Part shown: positions 39,001-54,000 of the stretch, one piece after another
How the letters are laid out: each line of letters starts with the position of its first letter
How positions within the stretch are numbered: position 1 is the first letter of the stretch
Assembly (NCBI GenBank): GCA_002633005.1
Contig: NMRA01000215.1
Span: 616,183-680,182 of the forward strand
Direction of reading: 5' to 3'
From: Phoronis australis
Taxonomy: Eukaryota; Animalia; Phoronida
Length of the DNA: 64,000 nt
Notes under the pieces: generated by a model
Told to the model about the DNA's origin: nothing
The model's input: the letters and a program-made list of their open reading frames with translations, nothing else
Databases searched by the model: none
Program-made: the position numbers and the translations under genes

Positions 39001-42000
39001 GCGTGACGCTTGTGAGGTTACTTTATGTAGGGCCCTAGAAAAGTTGTCCAAATTTGGGCTAACTTCGGATCATTGTATACGCCAGAAATGACTGGTCCAA
39101 TTCACATGAATCTTTCACCTATTACGTCTAAAACATTGTTCTCCAACACACTTTAGGAAATGTTTTCATAATTATCCGCGTTTGCAAGTGGTGCAAAATT
39201 TGACTTTGAATGAAAAGAAGACGATTTGAAAAATTATTCTTTTCCAAATTTCATTTTGAAAACTTATACCAAACAAGATCTGACCATGTTAGTATTTCCC
39301 TTTTGTTACTTTTTCTAAAAGCACATGGTCACGTAGCTCAGTCACTTGTTGATTGACATGAAGTCAGCTAGACGTGGAGTTCTAACTGTCCTTTTGCTTT
39401 CAGAAAATATATCTTTTATTGACTTTTTAGTTTTGTAGATTTTTAATATTGTATGGCTAAACAGTATTTTTCATAAGGTCCTACATAACATTAAGAAAAT
39501 GAGCATGTTGATTTGGTCCAACGCGGCAGTTTGAGAATAGAGCGCTACGCTGCGTGCTAACCCACCGAAATAAAAAGTCTGGCGAGCACATTGAACTTTG
39601 ACATTTTTAAAGCGCCTTTCCTTTGTTGAACCTGTTATCCAAGGGTGTCCATCATCTAATTACATGAGATGTCAGGGGCAAAGAGAAGTCAATGAACGCT
39701 CTAAAATGAAAAAGGTAGGATAGATGGCCTGATGTCTGGGACCATGGCACTGCTAAATTGATTATGACTCAGGAGACTGGAAAGAGTGCATCCGTATAAT
39801 CTGGCGACTTCCTCCAGGCCAGCCATGTAAAAGACTGCGCCGTCTTTGAGAGGCAGGACGAATCTCTACTAAGTGTCTTGGCCTTTAAGTAGAGCTTTTT
39901 GTGTAAGTTATGTGGCCTGAAATGTTTCGATGCCGAAACATGCTGCACTCCCCAGAGGGCCAAATACTGATTCAGAATCTTTTTCCGGATACCAACCCTA
40001 CATGTCTCAAGGCTTCAGTCTCCTATCTTAGAAAGCTTTGGCTTAAGAAGGCATGTAAATATTAGTTTTATTTATATGTACGAAGAGCTCTTTCTCCAAC
40101 CCCTGCAGGTAGTTTGAGCACACTTTGTATCACCCTTGCCTTGCAGCACTTCTACGAGAATGGTATGTAGTGCTCTGGTACAAAACAGGACACATTTGCT
40201 CCGTACTTTGCACGATAGTCTTGTCGCAAGCGATTTTAAAACCTCATCCACAAAAGTCCGTACGGTGCTTGACATGACGCTTGTTTAGGGTTTGATTGCA
40301 CCTTTGTTGTCTGAGAGTGTAAATAGCTCCTATTTACTGAGGATTCTTCCATGCTCTTTTGCAAGTTCAGCAGCTTGGTGGATTGCAATAATTTCAGCCT
40401 GAACACCGATGCAATGATACCGAAAGATGTACAGGTCTATTTGACAACATAAGTGCAACCAAGAAAATTAATTCCTGATCTTTATTGCCCACTGTCAACA
40501 TTAGAGGTACATTATATCAGAGAGACTGTTGGTAGGTTAGATTTGTGATTCCAATTTCTGTGGTAAAACTATGCTTAAAACTTAAAGTCATCACTATAAC
40601 GTAGTTAGGCAATGCCATGCCAAAAAGTTGCAGCTAAATTTGTAGCACATATTACGCTTGTCTTGAGCTATAGCCTCTATGTTTGCGCTCTATCGTAGTA
40701 CCTTTTACCCTTCATACGATGAGCTCCAATCGTCGCCACTTAGGTAAATATGCAAGGCAGGCAAACCAATAAACACATTTATAGCAACCTTAAGAGTTCC
40801 TGAAAATGCAGAAGTGCTGCACAAGCATACAAAACGCAATACTTGTGTTAGTTTTGATCTGCTCGAGAAACTTCCTCTGTATACAGTATATACATTCACA
40901 AAACGTACCGAGAGTGGCGTAGGCATGTAGATTATTACAAGGCGAAGTCGTTTTCCCTAGTAATCTAGAGCCCAAGTGGATTTTAGCGTTAGCCCCGAGG
41001 GCGATAAGTCTACCACGTGGGCTCAAGATAAGGGGGTTAACGACTGAGAACATGTAATAATCTATTTATACTACACACTGAACGAGAAACATTGCAATGA
41101 ATCGATCTAGCTAACGCGGCTCGCCTTGTAACTACTTTTTATGTCAGAGGCCCGGGGTCGGAGGTCATGACCTTTTAAGAAACGCCGAGTTATTTTTGTT
41201 AAAATATTGTTTTTACCCAAAACCAATTGAAAATTCAAATGAAAGCACTCCGAGCAGCGAAACTTGGCGAAATTAACCAAAAAGATGACGATAAAGATGA
41301 TGACGAAGATGACGAATATTACGACGATGGTGGCGAGGATGAATTAAAGAAGTGATAATAACATACACATGACGAACGTAGAAATCCGAAATCAGTAAGA
41401 AAAAGGCTACAGTCTTGAGCGACACTTGGCGAAATTAACGGAAAAGACAACGACGGAGATGATGACGATGATGACGAATATGATGATGGTGGTGGCAATG
41501 GTGAACAACATCACAACATTCATATGACGAACTCAGATGTCATAAATCAATAAGAAATAGGCTACAGTCTACTTCAATAGAAGATAAACCAACATCAATG
41601 CAGCAAGAGCGCTCAACAAAGGAACAGCGTTATCAGAAAATCTCAAATAACTCGAAAAGTAGACGTCCTAGCGAAAAATGAAAAACATCTTCTGAAAGCC
41701 CATTTAAAACTCTATCTAAAATAATGGTATCGCCTAATTCCGTAAATTTTTCGAGGAAAATGAACTTTTGCGTTTTTTAAGAAATTCAAAGTCAAATAAC
41801 TCAAAAACGGTAAGTCTGAGAAAAAATTGTTACAGGCCATTTGAAAGAATATACTTCAAAGAATCCACATGCAAAAAATCTTGTCTTTTTCTCTTCCCGT
41901 TTAAAATCGCACTCCACCACGACTGAAAATGGGTCAGCATGCGCCAGATCAGCCATCTTGAAAGCAACTTCGTTTTTTTGGCTTTGTATAATAGTATGTA

Positions 42001-45000
42001 AGTATTCTATTTTCACGTTCGATGACGTCAACTGCTAGGTGGCGCAGTGATTAAGTCGACGATTCTAAACTATTGCGAAGCGGCTTCGAAACCGGCCTCG
42101 GATTCCCGCCAATATCTTAATATTCAACGCGCGTTGAATAAAGAAATGGGTTATTTAACGGTTGTACTGGCCGTGTCAGGCTAGTAATGTGCAATTAATA
42201 TAGAAACCTACACGTGTCTCAGGTTTACGACATGGGCACTAAACCTCTTGGATTAATGTATGCGGATGCATTAGCAATGTCAATGAACGTACTTAGAGCA
42301 AACTTATTAAATACAATCTGCACAAGATGTCTGGTGAGGTGATGGGGAGCTTTAGTCATAATACTTAAAAAATAGTGTCAAATGTGCGATGTAAGTAGTT
42401 GATTGTTTTTGATGTTCAGAATGGAGACTTGGGCATGTGCGCTCTTTTCCTTTGGCTCAGGTATCTGCGCTGCCTCAGTTTCTTGAGACTCCGATGCTGT
42501 TACCATTACGGCATAGCAGGCAAAAAAAAAACAGAAGAATAACGTTTTGCTCAATGTGGTTGAATACCTACATCGAAACCCTTTTTTCTTTGAGTCGTTT
42601 TCAACAAATGAATTAGACAATCTTTCTGTGACTCATGGCAAAGCGACTTAAGACTGAGAAAATTTATTTTAAGCTCCCATTTCACATTTGCTAAAAAATG
42701 TTAACCAAGTAACTATGAGATCATTACAATCTAGATGTAATTTTAAAATTGTCTTAGTAACTAGCATCTGTGCATATTTTCATAGATTTTGCAATTTTGC
42801 TTAAGTAAGATTTGAACATTTTTTAAATATCTGTGTCGAGCGTAAGATCAAATTTCTGACTAATGTCTTAAGTTACTTTCATGAAACCGCTCCACGAAAT
42901 CAATTGATGAATGCATTGTTCAGCATCATGAAAGATGTTACGATGTTCAAGTATTATCAACGCTCTCGTTGGCAATAACGTACTTTCTACTAGCTCTTGC
43001 ACTTAGATAGAGATGTCATTTGAAAAGCATTTTGGTACAACGATCACCCCGGAACATCACAGCCAGTAGACTATCACACCATCCTGGTTATTTATAGCAC
43101 GGATACACAGTGTTAACAATGAATGTGCAGTTAATTTTTGTGCTATATACTGTACATGTAAGCGCTCAGGCTCAAGCCCATCTGCGTGCACGGCAAAAAA
43201 CGTCGTCGGGATGCCGTTTTAGGGCTCAGGTAGATATTTCTCCTTACGAGATCATAGATCCTCCAACTGGCTTATTGATACTCATATTAATTAAAGCAAC
43301 ATTAGTAATCAAGTTTTGCAATAATAATGACTTACCCTTCCAAGCCCGTGAGCACCCATGACTGCGATGGTCTCTCGGGTGTTAAAACCGAATGCTTGCT
43401 TAAGCTGGGTCAAAACATGGTTTAAATCCCCGTGAGCCCTGGGAAACGGGTTTGGTTTGTCCGTCACAGGTGACGTTTCGCAATCTTTCCTTCCCCATTT
43501 GAACGTCAGATACTTTCCGATGTCACTTCCGGATAATGCAGCGCCCCTGGTGACTGCCTCTATCGCAGCCAATGCCCAGAAGTCAGCACGGGACATATGC
43601 TTCGATGCGTTTGTCACACGAAAAATTTCCTCTAAGGCGAAAATCGTTTTATCAATGCCTAAAACAAAAAAGAAAAGTGTGCTCAGCAATACATGAAGTG
43701 CGCATCTAAGCTAAGAAAACATTTACAATTTATGGCAGCAGGTATGGAATAAAACATCTACATGACAGAATTGGCTGAAATTTTACCAATAGATTCATAT
43801 CCACCCAAACGGAAGCAACCGCCACCATCTATTTTATACCTCCTGAAATAAAATTCATCTTAAATAACTTTTGTGACTCCTTTTAGTAACAGTACTAATT
43901 CGTGAAGAATGGGGACAGGAATTCAGTACTGTGAAGACGTGTGTAACATTCATCATCCAGTCAACAATGGAGCTTTCTCAGAAATGTAATTATCCCTTCG
44001 TGGGGGCAAATGTTTTGTCGCACCACCGCATCTAAGTACCCAAACTCAAATTGAGTTATTGGTAAGAATATTGTAAACTGTGGAAAATAACAATTAGCAT
44101 TTGTAGACGATGAATAAAGGTTACAGCTACAAAAAGTGAAAAGTTTGGTCTCATTTTGATTTTATGCATAGAAATTGAACTGAAAATGCGTAGTTTTGGT
44201 TGTCAAGTGCTTCTAAATTGTAATTGATTAAGAACAAAAATACAGTCACTGAAAGTTTATAATTGACCGTGGAAATTTCTGTAACATCCTTTTCTGTTGA
44301 TTGATTGTCGAAAATTTGATTGTCAGGGTTTCAAGCTCTGCAATTTTTTCGTGTTGTATAATCATAAAGTTTGTTTTGTTCAGTACTTTGTATCGTCTCA
44401 TGAGTTGTTTGTACTGTGAAAAGGAAGATAAATAGACAAAAATGTTTGTTCTTGAAATCCTTGTTATCATAAGGGTTGACAATTACAAAAAAAAAACTTT
44501 TTCGCCCGAGATGGACACAATGCTCAGCAAATAATACTTGACGGACAGGATGATGTTCAGTTTCTAAAAAATCCCAGTTACTCGAGTCTGACAAAGATCA
44601 AGGCGATTGGGTCTAGTTACATCCGCCCAGCTATTATTGCAAGCTGACACCATCATATCTCTCTATATCACCTACCTCTGTAGCAAGGATTACTGTTTTC
44701 TAAAGAATATCCCACCAGCAAATATTTGAATGCAGAGCAATTAAAAACACCTGGACGGAGGTGCTCAAATATATGGACGTAGGACTTTTTATGAAGGGGT
44801 CATGTTTTACTTCCACGCCAATTACACGAGCTTCATTATCTAACAAAGAGCAGCTTGTTGGGTCCATACCAATCAGATATTTCATGTAATGAATGGCAAA
44901 TATTGACTTACTAGCCTACATATTCAAGTGAACATTAGACTAAGTGTTCATCGCAAGGGACAGAAATTAAAGATACTGTGTTATTTTAAAGCTTCAATCA

Positions 45001-48000
45001 GGATTTCTGTCACTGTCAGATTTTAGTAGGGATGGTGTGCGGCTGTGGGATTTTTCCATAGGCAGTACAAATTTCTTTCCAGAACATTTGACCCTGCAGT
45101 AACGCAAAGCACGGTAGTCAGCTACTCTTTAAAGTGAAAGCTATAAGNCGGTCGTTACTATGATGCTTAACAACTGCTGACCGACATGCGACAAAATAAT
45201 GATCTAGCTTTTCGAAAATATTTATAAATTTACACGCACATATATTTTGCTTCGTCGCGGCAACGACCCAACGCTTCCGAATCTCAACATCTTTAGAGAC
45301 TGTGAAGCAGACAGTTGCGTGTCCGTATTTTTTCTAGTCGTTCGGGAACAACACGGTCTGAAACACAGAACTACTTGCCGATAAGCTAAAAGAGCTATCG
45401 TAGCGAGCCTCGTTTTGGAATGCGCCTCCTGTCGGCGTGAAAAGGGTCTATAAGGAAGCATTTAAAAATACAGTATTGTACACAAAATATATAACTGTAT
45501 TTACAAAAGTTGCGTCATAAATGTACATGTACATACTGAGGTAGAAAGTCAGCTTGCTACATGAAGACTATCGTCAACATACAGCAACTGGGGTAGCCGT
45601 GTGTTGAGCTCCGTGAGACACCGAAATTTCACACAACCCCGGCAGCTCAGCTCGTCACGAGTCGACGTCGTGAAACTTATATCAATATGTAGAGCAAACG
45701 ACCGGCGGGGGTGCATGCAGAATCTGGGATTAATAGACACTCACCTTACCCGTTACAACCGTTTATTGAAGTAACAAAACAATCTAATAAACACTATTTT
45801 TGCATAATTCTCCGCCTTTTGTAACCAAGAGAAGTCTGTCGTAACAGTGAATACTCGTGACACGCACCCGCGCCATTTCTTAAAATTGTGTGATATCTCG
45901 AGAGTTTATTCTGAAATTGGGTTTACTGGTATTAAAATACCAAAAACGAAATGAAACCAGTTCCGATTGTTATGACACGCACGCAACCTCACTGTTGATT
46001 AAAGAATCGGAGAAATTGGCCAACACAGTACAGGTGACGCAATGGCGACGAAAGTCGACCCAAAAGAAGGCATCGCAATTTTAGCAGCAGAATAACGGTA
46101 GAACGCCAATTTTTTCAACACAGGTAAATAATATAGTTTACTCAAGGAAAGGTGTAGTTTTAGTGACATCATTAATTTTGGTGATGGCAGGCCCCTATGA
46201 AGTATGTACGCGACAGAAGCCAGAGAGAGTGAAATTAAGCCGACAGACTGACAAATCGTATCAACCTCACAAGCTAGAATGATTGAACATTTCACGCTAT
46301 CCTGTTTTCACTGCACCAAAACACAGAGTGAAGTTGGCCTTGTCAACAAAGCGAAAATCTGCACGTTTGCCAAATGCACGCGCTACGAAACTGTTGATTA
46401 ACATGTAGTGTATTCTAGAACTGAGCTGGGGAAAATGGTGTTTTAAACGCACTCATTGCTGCAGGAGCATAATCGCGTTTTATAATTCATGGAGGAAACA
46501 AGGGTGCCACCCGGAACCTCCATATTCATTCCTCATTTTATTTTTGCCACATCCTTTTACACTATTGCCCCATTACTGCCAATTTTAAGAGAGTGTCAAA
46601 CCAGACTACATAGACAAAGCGTTACAGTTGAAAGACGGGGGCATATCAGCTCCCCGCATCCTCCCCATTCTTGGGTTTCCGATGGTCCCACAATTCTCTA
46701 ATTTCAAAAATACCTTCAAACCCATTTAACGCAGACAAAACGTGATGTTTATTCTCCATTATTTTATTGAAGTGCTTTGTAAACATTCAACAGAGAGAGA
46801 AAATGATGTTTGTTAAATCATGGTTATATGACTGGGCGGTCAGCAAAGGCAAAGGCCGCTAATAGCTGACCATCGAGTAACAATATATTAAACAGATAAT
46901 AACAATTAAGAAGAACAATATAAATAACAACAGAAAAAATAGATCTACGATGAAATAAGATACAATGCAAAATGTTTAAAAACGTAAATTAAATGTATTT
47001 TATTAAGAATTAAACACGGAGACTATTGATATAAGGGATACCGCACGGTTAGAAAAGCATATGACTAAGATGTAAGACAGGTGATCGCGGTTACTTCAAT
47101 TAGAACATGCATAACAATGTAGAACGTTACAGTGAGAGCTGTATTAAGTGCTTAATAAGTAATTTTTAAATACATGTAGAACCCTTGTAAACTATGCGTG
47201 TCGATTTTGTCTGTTACATATCTCGGAAGGATAAAGTTGTTTTTTAGATTCGGTATTTTGAACATTAATGAATTTTCACAACTTTTTCTGTTGTAGGTGG
47301 GCAGTTTTAGGAGAGGTTTTTGATTGGATATTCTAGTGAGACTTCTTGGTGACTGATGGAATTGGAAGAAATTGCTATCATAAACGTAAATAGGCAATTG
47401 ATTATGTTTGAATTTGTAAAATAGTTTTATGCACGCTTGGTTAAATAAGTCGTGAAGAAGTATTTAGATTTGCCTGCAAATTGTTTCTGTGTGTGAAAAA
47501 AACACGAAGAATTTGGTAACATTTTCAAAGCTTTATTTTTCTGACGTTTCAATCTCGCACAATTATTGAACCCCCATACTGTAATACCAAAATATAGATG
47601 TAATAGTATAAGAGGATTGTATATCATCAGGCGTGTTTGTTTGGGAAAATAGTGTTTTGGTATGGACGCCCACAGTTTTGTCAATTTTGTTAGAAATTTC
47701 CTGAATATGTTTGTTCCCGGAAAAATGAATGTCTACAAAAATACCTAAAAATTGAAATTTTCAACTCTGTTAATAATTTCGTCATTGATTTTGATTAAAG
47801 GGATGTCATCTTCCCTGAGTTTTTTGGGGGAAATTGAAATAGCATTTAGTTTTACTTGTGTTGCGCGATAATTTATTGGTATTTAGCCAATCAAAAACAT
47901 CTTGTAAGTATTATTTAATCTGATGGTTTGATCATTGAGGCTATGATTTTTGTTGGAAAGGAATTAACAAGCATCCTAAGTTTCTCTCATTTTTTCGCCA

Positions 48001-51000
48001 GATTTTTCAAATACTTCACTCAGAGTGTTCAAATGGCGGATCACATTCTATATGTATGTACTTGCGCGTTAGGTTGCAATTTTTCTCTAGTAAAAGAAAC
48101 AGTTTTAAATGTAACGATTTATTACTTGAAAAGAGATAACAAAGATGAAAACAACGCTAACTTTGCATTGAGCTTGTAACATCTCCTGAACACAGTTAAA
48201 TAACAACATTTCAAATTGTAGTTACCGAGGAATCGGCACCTGAGTTGCAGACGACATATTTAGCAATTGAAAACTGAGACAGAACTGTCATATAATTAAC
48301 AGTCCTGTTCCGGATGTTACGATTGAGACCTGTTTGCGTGTTGAGTGTTACTCACACTGTTGCAGTTGCGTTACTTTTAACTATTTACCGAAAGTTTGAT
48401 GATTGAACCGGCTATCGACATCGAGTCGACATTGACCTACTTTTTGAACTTTCCGCGTCAGAGGCCACTGTTAAAGTAGTGCGGGAAGTGAATGCAGAAA
48501 ACATTATTACATGGCCGTATTTCGCTCTACTGATTCAACGCGTATGGGATGAATACATGTATTAAGATGTATTATCGTCAATAGCAAACGTGTTTCTGGA
48601 CCTTAAAAACGTGGTCATTTGACAGTTATAAAGACACAGTAGTGAGAAGAATATTTTTAGAATGCTCGAGCTGTCTCCTTTCAGAAATTAGATTCTTTTA
48701 ATGTTGACAAAGCATTTTTTTTAACATTTGACTTAGAGTTGAGGTCGTTTATTAAGGTCCTAGATAATCTTAAGGTCAGGAAAATCCACACCAAAAATCA
48801 TAGTAGTTCATAAATTTTAAGATTTCTCTGTAGTCTTGGCAAATTTGTTAGCTTTTTAATGAAATAAAAAAAGCTATTTTCTCAAAATCAACATAAAAAA
48901 CGATAACGAGACTTGATTGGGTGAGAAAAAACAAAGGAGACTTACTGCATACCTAGTGGTAGCCCAAGGCCTCATAAAGTTTCAGGAAAATATGTGACGG
49001 TCGATATAGAACCACCCTTAGATGCTCTCAGAAATAGTTACTTTAATATTAAGTGTATTATGTACTAGAGATGAAATATAAATACTTAAACCAACGCACC
49101 ATTGAATCGCACGTATCAGTTCAAACCGTTTGATATACATGCAACGTGTCTTTAGGGTTGATTTGTGACGTACATGAAATGGGAAATAACACACTAGTTT
49201 GCTAATAACCGATATTTAGTCACAAAAAAGATTTTTTTAAAGCAAAGTTTTCCTGAACAGTTTGCTGCAAATTGATTAGACACATGACTAAACTCCAATA
49301 GAGAATACTCATATTTACAGAATGATTTAACATTTGGGCCAATTTTATCAATTATTAGCTATAAATGAATTGGAAAGGTACTTCTGGTAGAATAAAATTC
49401 AAGGAAAACTATCTGCTACAACTTGATTCTTGTACTTACATTGTATATGCAAGGGTTGTCGAAAATTGCAAATTCTAAACTTACACTTGTTCATAGAAGA
49501 GTTCCTGTGGACTGGAATATTTCGATACTGTTTCTTTGTTGACATCTATAAACCAGGTTTAAAATAACTTACCTCCATTCGCCGACTGTTTTATGTTAAC
49601 ACATCCGTCACAGCCTCCTTTACAGTCATGAAATATCAGACGCACAATGCCTGGGACGTAGATAGTGTCATTTCTCTGGATAAACTGAAACATGATAATT
49701 TTGACGACCTTGACATAAACATCATTATTTCATGAATGGTCACGACTATTACATGTATATCAAACCATAGTATCTAACTGTAAGGTTTAAATTTTGCGTT
49801 TCGGACATTCAAGCTCCGAACAGTCCCTCGAGACGAAGACATTTATATCTCATTCCTCAGACAGCCATCACCATGGGCGGCGCATCATAGGGGTCTGGGG
49901 GGCTATAGCCCTCACTTTTTTCAGTGCTCCGGCGCCAATGATTATAACTTCTTCGACATACGTTTGCCACCCATCTCACATACAGTAAATACCGTTTGTT
50001 GAAAACCACCAATTACATAGGCGTAGAATGGATACATGTAGCTTCAGTAGGGAGCAATTTGGAGCGCAACCTTCCTCCCGGTCCATTCCAGTTTTGCCTC
50101 CGGCACCACCTAGTTTTGCCATTAGGTCAACACCAGTTTTAACTCTCCCCATCCCATGTCAACACTCATTTTAACTCTTGCTGCACGCTGCCTCTCTCAC
50201 CAACAACAGTTTCATTTACGTCCCCTCTTTGGTCACTTTAGAAGGCCCGTAGAAATCTAAACATTACTGGGGAATATAGAGAGGGAGGCACAAACTATTT
50301 CGACTCATCCCCCGTGGTTCCGAAGTGAGACTGGTCACCGCCACCAGTGGGCAACTTCAGCTCCTACATGTATTAGCTGTGGCCAATTTCGCATCCCGCT
50401 CGCCACAGGTGTACGGACTTTGTAGTCTAGAGGTAAACTAGTGGAGGCGGCCATCAGAAAAGATTTTGACATTTAATGGGGTCACTGCAATTTGGGTGAC
50501 AGGTGCACCGCCAAAATTTGGGATATAAAAGAAAAGAAATGACGTCTCGGATTGCAAAATACGGGGAGAAACGGCGTGACCAGTCCTGCGAATGAATTTG
50601 AACAACGTGCCGGAAACTTCGGTTATACTTTTGCTATTGTTTAGTGAAATTGAGGACTAAGACCAATGTTCCCTTGATTAGGGTCTTTGAGACAATCCAT
50701 TTTATTAAGACTGGTACGCATTGAAAGGGCACACGTTAATAGGGTGCATTTCCGAGGTTACTTGTTAAAAACTGTTCTTTTAAAATGGACATCCGGGTTT
50801 CTGGTGCATGGGGCATTTTTCAGGCGTATATTTCAGCGACTTCCATATTCAACGTGCATTGCACACCAACTGTTGCATTTCATTAGATCCCTGTACAAGT
50901 TCAATGCATTGGTTCTCCGAAGAACGCGTTGCCGTTTCGCACATAATTGCGGAATCCAGTTTTAACATAACAGTAAATATGTTGACCGCTGTTCACGTGC

Positions 51001-54000
51001 ATCGTTGGCCAAAGTGCATGTACAGTACCGATTAACAGTTTGAGTGAAACGTGTTAGTGGTTCTCTCAAAACATACGCTTATACGCTTATAATGTTCCAA
51101 GTAGGTATACGTTCACAGAAATCTATGAAAATGACCCCTGTGTGAAAAAACAATAATCAAATTCATGTTGTAACGGACATAATGTATGTTGCGTTTATTT
51201 TCAGAAAAAATAAAAATACATGTGCAGTACATGTATATCCGAGTTGATCTGCTCCCAACCACGGCGTGTGTTTTTACATGTGTTCATACGGAAACAAAAC
51301 ATGTCTAGAAGCGTTGGCAGCTTTGCCATTATTTCATAAAATACAAGGGGTTTCAACGACTCCTGACAGGAAATCGGACAAAAGACGATACACAGTCACT
51401 TTTGGAATCATTTCATGGTGACAATACGGTAAAACATGTTGAGCACGTTTTGTTAGCTTTAACAACAAGCACGACATTATCGGAAAAACGCCTATTGAAA
51501 ATGAAGACAGTTGATTTTCACGCCATGCTGAATATACCATTACGTATCATTCCCCTGGAGTAGAAAAATCAAGAAATTTCCACAATCTAATCTAGAATCA
51601 CGCTCGATTAAACTTGTCAAGCAAGCCTTTTGTGTTGGTACACAATACTGTGGTTAAGCTGGTCAGGGCTTACAGTAACACAAAGGAATTGACTCTAATT
51701 TCTCCTGAAAGTCAACCGTTTTTCTCCATTCGAGTTTTTTGTGAAAGTATTTCAAACAATACACATCTGCTTCAAGACACTTGTTGAATGTCGTTTGCAA
51801 ATAGTATTTTAAATATCGGTTAACGTCAGGCGCGCTGTTTACAACTCATTGCTGGATTAAGTGAACATCAGATGAATGCAGACACATAAGCGAGCTGGAC
51901 CAACTAAACTTTCGTTTGCCACTGTCAACTGATAACGACGAGGTTGTATCCTACTGGCCAACCACCGGCACAGCGTGGTGGGGAACGCGTATAAGTTAAA
52001 TACTGGAAACGCTGGACTAATAAATAACAGTTTTATCAAAACTGTTTAGTTTGACCCAGTCTAAAGTATTAATAATGAAAAAACCTTAAGATTGGTAATA
52101 GTTCGGAACATGATGCCTCAGAAATGGCTCATTGGATACAATTCAACTTTCAGATAATATGATTTATAGGAACATTGTCGGTTTTACTCCCGAAGAACAC
52201 GTAACCTTAACGGCAGCTATAACAATTATCGCAGTTCCGATGTTTTCTGAAATCAAGACACATGAATACTAATTAGAAATGTTGAGTAGACTCTGGGTTA
52301 CGGTGAGACTTAACTCCGCCTTAGACTGCGACCACGAATGCAGTTTCGAATCCGAGCTAAGGCTTATCTCAGAATATTGCTGTTCTCGTCGATTATGTCT
52401 CCTTAAGCTCTATTCTTCCCAAGTACTAAATGGAATTGTTATTAAAGTGTTTTTGCATGACTAGGTGAATTTCGGAATTGAAAGTTTATGATTTATAAAA
52501 AATCAAATGTGGCATAGATTAAAACAAAAATACACTTCACCAAACTGTAACTGACAGCATTATTGAGTGTCATTTTAAATATTAATACATATTAGAAATA
52601 AGTTTGTCATCGTATTCATTTTGTTGACTACGGACTTTGCAGTTGTTTTCTTATATTCGTCCAAAAAGACAAGGTAACATGACCGGTTCAATGTTTGATT
52701 GGTATGAATGCAGTCCTTTAAGTTAAAAAAGTTTACTTTAACAGTCTAAATTGCAATATTGAAAGTGGTTCTTTGCCACTAAAACAGAATTCAACCTGCT
52801 CACCAGATATTTTTAGGGTTTGTTCGTAAAGATTTTTAATTTCTGTTGATATCAAAGCATTTTCTTTTAGTTTCAAATTTCAAGAAATCCACCTGTCAAC
52901 TGCTCGCTACTTCGTTGATTATTCCCCCACAATGCAAAGCACGTCTCCTTATTTGGTATGGCAAGGCATAGAGGTAGCACAATACCCTTATATGGAAAAT
53001 GTGACCTTTTACCTCAAGCGACTTAAAGCAAATATTTGTGAGCGAATGCGCACATTTATTGTAAGTGAGAGGGAGGTTCGAATTTCCGTGGTAATCTCAG
53101 TTTTTCCTTCGCACGTATTTCAAAAATCTAGTATTGCGATTTTTCTGGAAATTTCCTAACAGGGGAAAGTGAATTACTCTGTTCTAGACGTTGTGAGATT
53201 GCACTGTCATCATGAATTGTTTATACTGCTCGTACTTTTTGATATTTAGTTACTTGCTCAACCTGAATAAGAACTATGTTGTACGTGGTGAGTGATTTCA
53301 AAGTGCTATTAAACAGACAAGGAACGCGAAACCTTGTCAAAAATACATTTGGGCAATTTCTGACGGAAAGCACAATCTCGCAGCGTTTACTGCACAGTTA
53401 TTCACTTCCTCTGCAGGGGAATTTCTAGAGAAACTCACAAAATTCACGATTTGAAATACGGGCGAAGGAAAAGTCTCCAGTCACGACAAAGTTTCTAATC
53501 TCTTTCCAACTCAGATTATTCGCGCAGGCTCTCACAGTCGTTCGATAAACTGACAAGATGGATATTGATAGCGGCAGATTATCATGCGTGGTCGCACTCC
53601 AAATCTGAGCACAGCATGAGGCAAGCCAGTGAAGCAAGCAATTTTCCAAAAATATTAAGTGCATTCTAGAATATATTTGAATACCACGACGCTTTTATAA
53701 CTCAGTTTAAACAATTAGGACTTACACCTGTTGCCTCTTAATTGGATTTGCTGCAGCTTAAGCGTCATTGTTTTGTTTACATCAAAGGTCAAAGGCCACA
53801 TTGTCAATGTAAGGGAAACGTACTGCGTCTATGTTGCCATACCAGATAGAGACGTGCTTTGCATTGTGGAAGAAAAATCGACGAAGTGAAGAGCGGTTGA
53901 CAGATGTTCCTTGAAATTTGAAACTAAAAGAAAAATACTTTGACATCGACACATATTTAAAATCTTTACGAACACACCGTAAAAATACCTGGTGAACAGT

